From assembly GCA_963737905.1 (NCBI GenBank), contig CAVTUQ010000026.1:192001-256000 (forward strand): a DNA stretch of 64,000 nt, written 5' to 3'. Both the position numbers and the translations under genes were made by a program. This document shows, piece by piece, positions 1-8,492 of this stretch. The stretch comes from an uncultured delta proteobacterium. GTDB taxonomy: Bacteria > Desulfobacterota > Binatia > UBA9968. Numbering within the stretch: position 1 is the first letter of the stretch; the number at the start of each line of letters is the position of its first letter. The notes under the pieces were generated by a model, which had not been told where the DNA came from, did no database searches, and worked only from the letters and a program-made list of their open reading frames with translations.

Positions 1-1
1 C

Positions 2-3000
2 ATGGTTCCGTCCGCGTTCGTGGAGTTGGACGCCTTACCCCTAACCCCTAACGGAAAACTTGACCGCAACGCACTTCCCCCGCCCGATGGAACAAGACCA
101 AAGATCGACGCGGGTTATGTAGCTCCCCGGACGGAGATTGAAGAGCTGGTCGCACAGGAGTGGCGAGAGGTGCTGAAGGTTGAAAATGTTGGGGTTTACG
201 ACAATTTCTTTGATCTCGGCGGCCATTCGCTGCTTGCCACGCGTGTCATCGCGCGACTGCGAAGGACTTTTAGCGTCGCCATTGCGCTGCGGGAGTTGTT
301 CGAATTGCCAACCGTAGCGGGATTGGCAGAGCACATCGATTTCCTACGGCGCAGCGGCTCCACCGTGACCTTGACGCCTATTGTTCCGGTAGAGCGAAAC
401 CAGGCTTTGCCTTTGTCATTTTCCCAGCGTCGTCTTTGGTACCTGCAGAAAGTTGCCCCGAATCTGTCAGCCTACAATATCCCTGGCGCGTTCCGCATCA
501 AGGGTAGTCTTGATTGCGCGGCACTCGAGCAGGCGTTCAGTGAGATGATCGCTCGGCACGATGTGTTGCGCTCGTGCATTCAGGAACGCGACGGACAACC
601 ATGCCAGGTGATCGTTTCGAATATACGGATCGCGGTTCCACTTGTAGATCTCTCGCAGACGTCCCGTGAGCGAGCGGAAGCCGAGGCAACACGCCTGGCT
701 GTCGAGGACGCGCGTCAGTGTTATGACCTTGAAAGCGCGCCACTGTTGCGAGCGAAACTCGTGAAGTTGGCTGACGACGATCATGTCGTCATACTCAATT
801 TTCATCACATCATCGCGGATGGTTCATCACTGGCCGTGTTCTATAGAGAGGTTGCAGAACTCTATGAAGCTTTCCGGGTTGGAAGGGCATCGCCTCTGAT
901 TCCACTGTCAATCCAGTATGCCGACTACACCGTGTGGCAGCATGAGTGGCTCCGGTCAACGGCTTTCGACACGCAACTGAATTACTGGAAACACCAACTC
1001 GCGGCTTTACCGCCACCGCTCAATTTCCCGACCGATTTCGAGCGCCGCGCCGCGCAAACTTATCGAGGCGCACGATCGACAAGACCATTAACCCGCGACG
1101 TTACTCTAGCCCTGAAAAGTTTCAGCAGGCAGCAGGGCGTAACCTTATTCATGACCTTGTTCGCTACCTTTAACATTCTGCTTTCACGGCTCAGTGGTCA
1201 GACTGACATTGTTATCGGTTCCACAGTCGCGGGGCGCAATCGTCCAGAGATTGATGGTCTAATCGGGTTTTTCATCAATGCCCTTCCCTTGCGTACCGAC
1301 CTTTCCAGGAATCCAAGTTTCTTGACGCTACTTCAGCGGGTCCGTGAAGTCTGCCTCGATGCGTATACCAACCAGGAAGTGCCGTTTGACAAAATTGTCG
1401 AGGAGGTCGGACCGCAGCGCGAGCAGGGACATAATCCTATTTTCGACATCCTATTCAATATCGCTGACACTTCGGAGCGCGTGCTTGCGTTACCAGGGTG
1501 TGAAGTAAGCAAACTTTCACAGGCTGCGCCTGGGGCTAAGTTTGACATTGTGCTCCAGGCGCCGGAGATTGATGGAAAAATTGAGCTGGCTATCGTTTAC
1601 AACGCCGACCTTTTCGGCGAGAGCCGTATCGTCACGTTACTAGAACAATTCGATGCTCTATTATCGCAGATCGTGAATAATCCTGGGCGAACGATCGATC
1701 AGTGTACACTCCTCACGCCGAGCGCACGGGCAGTTCTTCCCAACCCTACGGAAATTCTAGACGATACATGGGAAGGTGCGATTCACGAACTTCTCGCCGA
1801 ACAGGCGCGTCGTTGCCCCTTGAAGCTAGCGATTGTCGAACCCGAACAAACATGGACGTATCGGGAACTGGACCAGTGTGCCAATCAGTTAGCAAATAGT
1901 CTCGTTTCTTCAGGCATCCAGTCGAAAGATATTGTCGCCATCTACGCCCATCGCAGCTCGGCTCTCGTGCTGACGATATTTGGAGCACTAAAGGCGGGAG
2001 CGGCATTTCTGATTCTCGACCCGGCCTATCCTGCTCAACGACTGGCGGATTACCTGCAAATCGCTCAACCCAACGGGTGGATCCAGCTCGACGGAGATAG
2101 AGAGTTGCCACAGGAACTCATGAGTTATCTCGATAGTTTAACTTTGCGTTGCCGGATTGACATTCCACGCCAAAAACAAGAGATTTTCGAGCGGCTGTCC
2201 GAGTCCACCGAAAAAGAACCAAAAATGAATGTAAGAGCGAATGATCTCGCTTATGTTGCATTTACATCGGGTTCTACAGGACAACCAAAGGGCGTGCTCA
2301 GTTGTCACGGACCCATCACTCACTTTTTGCCGTGGCAGAAGGGCGCGTTTGACCTCAACGAAGCAGATCGCTTCGCGATGTTATCCGGACTCGCGTACAG
2401 CCATCTGCATCGCGATATATTTACCTCGGTGTTTCTTCGAGCGACACTCTATATTCCGAATCCGTTAGCCGCTCGTTCTCCAGATCGATTAGCTCAGTGG
2501 CTCGAGTCCAATGCCATCACAATTCTACACCTTACCCCTGCCCTTGGTCAGCTATTGTTAACTAGCGGTTCCAAGGGTTTTCCCTCGGTACGCCGAGTAT
2601 TTTTCGGTGGCGACGTATTGACGCATGGCGAAGTGGCACAGATCCGTGAGCTGATTCCGAATGCCAAAATTGGCAGTTTCTATGGCGCTACCGAGACCCA
2701 GCGGGCGGTGGGCTACTACGAGATCCCCGATGATCTTCCGTGCGATCGTATCGAGTCCACTAGGTCGGTCCCGTTGGGCCATGGTATTAAAGACGTACAA
2801 CTCTTGGTGCTCGACAAGAATTCGCGGTTGGCTGGTATCGGCGAGTTGGGCGAACTTTTTGTACGCAGTCCTCACCTAGCGGAGGGATATATCGGCGACG
2901 AAAGACGAACTGAAGAGGTATTTATCAGCAATCCGCTCACCAGTGATCCGAGTGATCGGCTCTACAGAACCGGTGAGATGGGACGATACTTGCCCGATGG

Positions 3001-3688
3001 AAACGTGGAATGGGTCGGACGAAGCGATCGCCGGGTAAATTTGCGCGGTTTCCGCGTGGAGTTGGAAGAAGTTGAAACGATTTTGAAGCAGCACCCTGCG
3101 GTTAGGGAAGTTGCAGTGGTCGTGCAAAATTACGAGGTGCCGATCTCTGAGAATCCAAAATCGAAAATCCAAAATCCAAAATGGGACAAGCGTTTGGTTG
3201 CCTACGTTGCCGCCGAAGAGGAGCAACAGAGTGTGGTTGACTTACTGCGTTCGTATGTGAGCAGCCGGCTTCCTGACTATATGGTGCCCGCGCATTTCGT
3301 GATCTTGGAGCGGTTGCCTCTCAGTCCGAACGGAAAGGTGGATTTTCGCGCGCTCCCACCCGTATCGCAGTTTTTGTCGAGTTCTTTAGGTTCGCCGGCT
3401 GTCCCGCGCAACCATATAGAAGAAAAACTGTGTACAATCTTCGCCCAAGTGCTTGGCCGGCAGCAAGTCGGTATCGATGAGGATTTCTTCCGCCTTGGTG
3501 GACACTCGTTATTGGCGGCGCAGGCTGCATTGCGCGTAAGAGATGCCTTCGGTGTTGCGCTTGAGCTGCGCGCGTTTCTTGAATCGCCCACGGTCATGGC
3601 CCTGGCCAAACAGGTCGAATCTATCGTTCCAGCTGGACAGGCGACCTCGGAATCGGATAAAGACGAGCGCGAGGAGTTCGAAATATAA
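2..3688 (+). CDS. Non-ribosomal peptide synthetase, 5'-truncated by window edge (end of A - T - C - A - T, acidic C-terminal docking tail)
   Basis: A10 PLTPNGKLDR; T motifs DNFFDLGGHSLLA and DFFRLGGHSLLA; C motif HHIIADG; A3 FTSGSTGQPKG; A5 FYGATE; ends DKDEREEFEI. Confidence 0.97.
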   Translation: MVPSAFVELDALPLTPNGKLDRNALPPPDGTRPKIDAGYVAPRTEIEELVAQEWREVLKVENVGVYDNFFDLGGHSLLATRVIARLRRTFSVAIALRELFELPTVAGLAEHIDFLRRSGSTVTLTPIVPVERNQALPLSFSQRRLWYLQKVAPNLSAYNIPGAFRIKGSLDCAALEQAFSEMIARHDVLRSCIQERDGQPCQVIVSNIRIAVPLVDLSQTSRERAEAEATRLAVEDARQCYDLESAPLLRAKLVKLADDDHVVILNFHHIIADGSSLAVFYREVAELYEAFRVGRASPLIPLSIQYADYTVWQHEWLRSTAFDTQLNYWKHQLAALPPPLNFPTDFERRAAQTYRGARSTRPLTRDVTLALKSFSRQQGVTLFMTLFATFNILLSRLSGQTDIVIGSTVAGRNRPEIDGLIGFFINALPLRTDLSRNPSFLTLLQRVREVCLDAYTNQEVPFDKIVEEVGPQREQGHNPIFDILFNIADTSERVLALPGCEVSKLSQAAPGAKFDIVLQAPEIDGKIELAIVYNADLFGESRIVTLLEQFDALLSQIVNNPGRTIDQCTLLTPSARAVLPNPTEILDDTWEGAIHELLAEQARRCPLKLAIVEPEQTWTYRELDQCANQLANSLVSSGIQSKDIVAIYAHRSSALVLTIFGALKAGAAFLILDPAYPAQRLADYLQIAQPNGWIQLDGDRELPQELMSYLDSLTLRCRIDIPRQKQEIFERLSESTEKEPKMNVRANDLAYVAFTSGSTGQPKGVLSCHGPITHFLPWQKGAFDLNEADRFAMLSGLAYSHLHRDIFTSVFLRATLYIPNPLAARSPDRLAQWLESNAITILHLTPALGQLLLTSGSKGFPSVRRVFFGGDVLTHGEVAQIRELIPNAKIGSFYGATETQRAVGYYEIPDDLPCDRIESTRSVPLGHGIKDVQLLVLDKNSRLAGIGELGELFVRSPHLAEGYIGDERRTEEVFISNPLTSDPSDRLYRTGEMGRYLPDGNVEWVGRSDRRVNLRGFRVELEEVETILKQHPAVREVAVVVQNYEVPISENPKSKIQNPKWDKRLVAYVAAEEEQQSVVDLLRSYVSSRLPDYMVPAHFVILERLPLSPNGKVDFRALPPVSQFLSSSLGSPAVPRNHIEEKLCTIFAQVLGRQQVGIDEDFFRLGGHSLLAAQAALRVRDAFGVALELRAFLESPTVMALAKQVESIVPAGQATSESDKDEREEFEI
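3152..3182 (+). repeat. Heptamer tandem repeat (AATCSAA)x4 embedded in frame in the NRPS A subdomain
   Basis: AATCCAA AATCGAA AATCCAA AATCCAA AAT, translated as NPKSKIQNPK. Confidence 0.85.
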
Positions 3689-3699
3689 ACATCGCCGAC

Positions 3700-6600
3700 T
3701 TGTTTTCCTATTTGAAAAGCCTGGATGTTCGGTTAAACGCCGAAGGGGACCGTCTTCGTGTCAATGCGCCCAAGGGATCAATCACTGACGATCTTCGTGC
3801 AGAGATCGCCGAACGCAAGCCGGAGATTCTCGCGTTTCTTCGCCTTCAGGCGCCTTCCAAACTCCTCATCCTTTCTCCCATTCCGCGCCGGTCAACCAAT
3901 GAACCGACACCTTTGTCGTTCGCCCAGGAGCGGCTCTGGTTCCTAGAACAATTGGAGCCGGGGAATTCCAGCTATAATATCTGTCGCGCTTCTCGCCTGA
4001 CCGGACGTTTGAACATCGCCGCGTTAGAAGCAAGTCTAACTGAAATCGTGCGGCGGCACGAAGTGCTGCGAACCGCGTTTCAGGTATTCGACGGTCGGCC
4101 AGTACAGGTCACAGTGCCCACGGCGCAGATCGAGTTGCCACTTACCGGACTAGGTCCGTTGACGGAAACTCGGCAGGAGGAAGAAGTACAACGTCGAATC
4201 AAACAAGAAGCGGAGCGCCTGTTCGATTTCTCAGCGGGTCTATGTCTAAGGGGTAAGTTGCTCCGGCTCGGAGACGAGGATCACATTCTGATCCTCACGA
4301 CGCATCACATTATATCCGATGCGTGGTCGATGGGGATTCTGACGCGCGAACTGTGGACACTTTATAAGGCATACGCGTTGGGTGAACCGTCCCCGTTAGA
4401 AGAAAATCCGATTCAATATGCGGATTATGCGATCTGGCAACGAGAGTGGTTGCAAGGTGATGTGCTCGAATCGCAACTCTCATATTGGAAGAAACAACTT
4501 GACGGAATTCCGATTCTCAATCTTCCCACCGACCGGTCCCGGCCCATACGGCAGAGTTTCCTTGGAGCCAGAGTTCAGATAACTTTACCGCAGTCTCTGA
4601 CGGCGAGGATCAATGAATTGAGCAACCAGTGCGGCGTTACTCCATTCATGACTCTGCTCGCGGCGTTTCAGCTGCTGCTCTATCGGTACTGCGGGCAAGA
4701 AGATGTCGTCGTTGGCTCGCCTATCGCGAACCGCAGTCGCGCTGAAATCGAGTCATTGATCGGTTTTTTCGTGAACACGCTGGTTCTGCGCACCGACCTG
4801 TCTGGGAATCTAACATTTAAAGAGTTGCTCCTACGTGTTCGAGATGTTTGTCTCGACGCTTATGCGCATCAGGATCTGCCTTTCGAGAAATTGGTTGAGG
4901 AACTAAAGCCTGAGCGAGATATGAGCCGCAACCCGTTGTTCCAGGTGATGTTCGTTCTACAAAATACACCGCGGCTGTTGCCCCAATCTTCCGGACTCAG
5001 CATCGAGCGAATAGACATAGAGACTGAGACATCAGCATTTGATTTGTCCCTTTATCTCAGGGAACGAGATGGGAGGCTAATAGGTTTTTTCGAGTTCAAC
5101 ACCGATTTGGTCGATCGCTCAACCGTAGAGCGGATGATTGGCCACTTTCAAACGCTGCTGGAAGCCATCGTCGCCAATCCAGGTGATCTGATTTCAACCT
5201 TGCCTCTCCTTACTGAGGGTGAGCGGCATCAGCTGTTGGTAGAGTGGAACGACACTCACGCCGAATACCCCAAAGACAAGTGCATACATGAATTATTTGA
5301 AGCCCAGGTTGAGCGGACCCCTGAATCGATTGCACTAGAGTTCGAGGGAAAACAATTAACCTACCGGGAGCTAAACATCCGCGCCAATCAACTTGCTCAT
5401 TACTTACATGGGCTGGGAGTAGGGCCAGAGAAATTGGTGGGGATCTGCGTGGAGCGATCGTTGGAAATGGTGATTGGATTGTTGGGGATTTTGAAAGCTG
5501 GCGGTGCCTACGTGCCTTTGGATCCTACTTATCCGAAGGACCGTTTGGCGTTCATGTTAGAAGATGCGCGGGTCTCGGTGTTGTTGACTCAAAAACCACT
5601 CGTTCCATATCTCCCTCGCAATAGGGCGTCGCTAATTTATCTGGAGGATTTGAAACCCGCGAATCACCAGAACAAAGAGAACATCGAAAGCGGTGCTAAG
5701 CCCGACAGCGCTGCTTACGTGATATACACCTCGGGCTCGACAGGCACTCCCAAAGGAGTGATTGGACTCCATCAAGGAGCAACCAATCGCTTTGCCTGGA
5801 TGTGGAGGACGTTTCCATTTGAGTCAGATGAAACAGGTTGTATAAAAACTTCTCTAAGTTTTGTCGATTCGGTATGGGAAGTGTTCGGGACGCTTCTTCG
5901 AGGAATTCCGACAACGATTATACCGGGGGATGTTGTTCGGGATCCTGAACGTCTGATCAGAATGCTTGGAGAGAAGCATGTTACCCGTATCGTCCTTGTT
6001 CCATCGCTGCTTAGAGCTATGCTCGACGAGAACTCCGATTTGGATCGAAGATTACCGAATCTTAGAATCTGGACATGCAGTGGCGAATCTCTTCCCATCG
6101 AAACAGCGGAGTGTTTTCGCGCTTGTTTGCCGAACCGTACTCTATTGAACTTGTACGGCCCGTCCGAAGTCTCAGCCGACGTTACATGCCATAGCGTTCA
6201 GGGTTTAGCGCTACGAACGGTAAATCATGTGGGCCGGCCGATCAGCAACACGCAGGTATATATACTGGACTCCAACCTACAGCTCGTTCCCATTGGCGTA
6301 CACGGCGAACTGTGTATTAGTGGGGCCGGTTTGGCGCGCGGCTATCTCAATAGAGCAGAACTGACGGCGGAGCGGTTTGTTGCAAATCCATTTGCAGTCG
6401 AGCCGGGCGTTAGACTTTTTCAAACAGGAGACATTGCCCGATACGCCTCCGATGGAGAAATCGAGTTCTTGGGCCGAAGCGATCGCCAAATTAAGATCCG
6501 TGGCTATCGAGTTGAGTTGGGTGAAATTGAAGTCACCTTAAAGCAACACCCCCTCCTGAAAGACTGCGTAATCGAAGTTCCGCAGTGCGGACCGTCGGAT

Positions 6601-8454
6601 GAAAAATTCTTGGCGGCGTATGTGGTGCCAAACAAAGGCTCGGTTCCATCAATGAGCGATCTGCGCGATTTTTTGAAATCCAGCCTTCCTAACTATATGA
6701 TTCCCGCGGTATTTGTAACATTGGATGCTTTGCCGCTAACGTCCACCGGAAAGATTGATAGAGTGAGGCTGCCGCCATTAGGTGAGGCTATGTCACAACT
6801 GCCCCAAGGATTTGCAGAGCCCCATAACGAAGTTGAAGAATTAATCGCGCAGATATGGCGAGAAGTATTAAAGCGAGAAAAGGTTGGGGTACACGAAAAC
6901 TTTTTTGACCTCGGTGGGCACTCTCTTTTGGCGGCACAAGTTGCTTCTCGGTTGCGTACTGCTTTTCGGAAGCATCTGCCGCTGCGCATTATCTTCGAAG
7001 AACCGACTATTGCGGGACTCGGAAAAGCCGTCAAGAAAGCAATCCATAGCCGCGAAGAGTCCGATTTCGCTCCTATCGTCCCTGTCTCTCGCAAGAGAGG
7101 CCTGCCAATCTTAGTTTCGCAGGAGCCTTATTTTGAGGTCGATCAGTTAATTGGCGGAGCGTCATTTTTCAACATGCCCTATGCGTACACGCTCTCCGGA
7201 CCCCTCGATGTAGCAGTTTTAAAACAAGCGATTCAAGAGATTATGAGACGCCATGATAGTTTACGAACCGTCTTTGCAGAGGTCGAGGATCGACCCACTC
7301 AAACTGTCCGTCGCACAAGTACGATAACTCTACGTGTGAAAAATTTGTCGCGCTTGTCTTCCGAGAGGAGGAACGAGAAGCTAAAGAGATTGTCAGAAGA
7401 AGATGCTGGACAACGGTTTAACTTGCGTACGGGCCCCCTGCTTAGAACGAAACTGCTTCGTCTCGAGGAGAATGAGCATATCCTCCTTGTAACAATGCAT
7501 CACATCGTGACCGATCAATGGTCTATGGGTGTTTTTCGTAGCGAGTTAGAAGCCCTTTATGGAGCTTATTCTCAAGGCCAATCATCTCCGCTCCCTGAAC
7601 TTTCGTTACAATTTGGTGACTTCGTTGTTTGGCAAAAGCGCTTACTGGAACTGGGTCTTTTGCGGCGACAGATTTCTTATTGGAAAAAACAACTTGCGGA
7701 ACCCTTATCGACGCTGGACTTTCAAAAAGGCCACAGGCGACGACGAAAAAGAATACGCTTTCGTTCCGCGCGTCAACCCATTGAAATTGATGTGGCTCTG
7801 TTTGAGGCGGTCAAAAGGTTTGCCCGTAGGGAAAATTCTACGACATTCATGGTCTTTGCAACAGCATTGATGATATTGCTTCATTTACTTACGGGTGAGC
7901 GCGATATTCGTATTTCCACCTTGGTCGCGAATCGCAACCAAAGAAATACGGAAGGAATCATTGGTTACTTTGTCAACATGCTGATCCTTCGTAATTACGT
8001 TTCTCCCGAGGTTACAGTCCGTCAACTTTTGAAGGAGGTGCGTAATGTTTGCCTTTCGGCTTATACGCGGCAGGATCTTCCTTTCGATTATCTAGAATCT
8101 CTACTAGAAAACGAAGGTAATAAGACTCCCTTATGTCAGGTGATGCTGAACTATCGTAATTTTCCAACTCCACCTCGCGAAATTTGTGGTCTTACAATTG
8201 CTTCCTGGAGTGCCCAGAGTCGTATGGGTGATCCAGGTCTTATGATTTCACGATTAGATATGATGATCCATTTACGAGATGCGTCTACGAAGTTGACAGG
8301 AGCTGTAAACTATAAGACCGATATTTTTGCTGCCGACCAAGTAGCAAGAATGATGAGTAGCTTTAGCAGAATTCTAAATCATCTTAGCGTTCAACCAGAA
8401 AGTCGAGTGGTTGATTGTTCGGTCTTTGTTGAAGAGGGGGGACGTATAATCTAG
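3700..8454 (+). CDS. Non-ribosomal peptide synthetase (TubC-type N-terminal docking domain - C - A - T - C); true start may be ATA at 3685
   Basis: Docking-like LKSLDVRLNAEGDRLRVNAPKG; C motifs HHIISDAWS and HHIVTDQWS; YTSGSTGTPKG; NLYGPSE; ENFFDLGGHSLLA; no TE motif. Confidence 0.97.
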   Translation: MFSYLKSLDVRLNAEGDRLRVNAPKGSITDDLRAEIAERKPEILAFLRLQAPSKLLILSPIPRRSTNEPTPLSFAQERLWFLEQLEPGNSSYNICRASRLTGRLNIAALEASLTEIVRRHEVLRTAFQVFDGRPVQVTVPTAQIELPLTGLGPLTETRQEEEVQRRIKQEAERLFDFSAGLCLRGKLLRLGDEDHILILTTHHIISDAWSMGILTRELWTLYKAYALGEPSPLEENPIQYADYAIWQREWLQGDVLESQLSYWKKQLDGIPILNLPTDRSRPIRQSFLGARVQITLPQSLTARINELSNQCGVTPFMTLLAAFQLLLYRYCGQEDVVVGSPIANRSRAEIESLIGFFVNTLVLRTDLSGNLTFKELLLRVRDVCLDAYAHQDLPFEKLVEELKPERDMSRNPLFQVMFVLQNTPRLLPQSSGLSIERIDIETETSAFDLSLYLRERDGRLIGFFEFNTDLVDRSTVERMIGHFQTLLEAIVANPGDLISTLPLLTEGERHQLLVEWNDTHAEYPKDKCIHELFEAQVERTPESIALEFEGKQLTYRELNIRANQLAHYLHGLGVGPEKLVGICVERSLEMVIGLLGILKAGGAYVPLDPTYPKDRLAFMLEDARVSVLLTQKPLVPYLPRNRASLIYLEDLKPANHQNKENIESGAKPDSAAYVIYTSGSTGTPKGVIGLHQGATNRFAWMWRTFPFESDETGCIKTSLSFVDSVWEVFGTLLRGIPTTIIPGDVVRDPERLIRMLGEKHVTRIVLVPSLLRAMLDENSDLDRRLPNLRIWTCSGESLPIETAECFRACLPNRTLLNLYGPSEVSADVTCHSVQGLALRTVNHVGRPISNTQVYILDSNLQLVPIGVHGELCISGAGLARGYLNRAELTAERFVANPFAVEPGVRLFQTGDIARYASDGEIEFLGRSDRQIKIRGYRVELGEIEVTLKQHPLLKDCVIEVPQCGPSDEKFLAAYVVPNKGSVPSMSDLRDFLKSSLPNYMIPAVFVTLDALPLTSTGKIDRVRLPPLGEAMSQLPQGFAEPHNEVEELIAQIWREVLKREKVGVHENFFDLGGHSLLAAQVASRLRTAFRKHLPLRIIFEEPTIAGLGKAVKKAIHSREESDFAPIVPVSRKRGLPILVSQEPYFEVDQLIGGASFFNMPYAYTLSGPLDVAVLKQAIQEIMRRHDSLRTVFAEVEDRPTQTVRRTSTITLRVKNLSRLSSERRNEKLKRLSEEDAGQRFNLRTGPLLRTKLLRLEENEHILLVTMHHIVTDQWSMGVFRSELEALYGAYSQGQSSPLPELSLQFGDFVVWQKRLLELGLLRRQISYWKKQLAEPLSTLDFQKGHRRRRKRIRFRSARQPIEIDVALFEAVKRFARRENSTTFMVFATALMILLHLLTGERDIRISTLVANRNQRNTEGIIGYFVNMLILRNYVSPEVTVRQLLKEVRNVCLSAYTRQDLPFDYLESLLENEGNKTPLCQVMLNYRNFPTPPREICGLTIASWSAQSRMGDPGLMISRLDMMIHLRDASTKLTGAVNYKTDIFAADQVARMMSSFSRILNHLSVQPESRVVDCSVFVEEGGRII

Positions 8455-8492
8455 TTGTAGAATTCTGTGGAACAACTTTTGTGGAGGTTACA

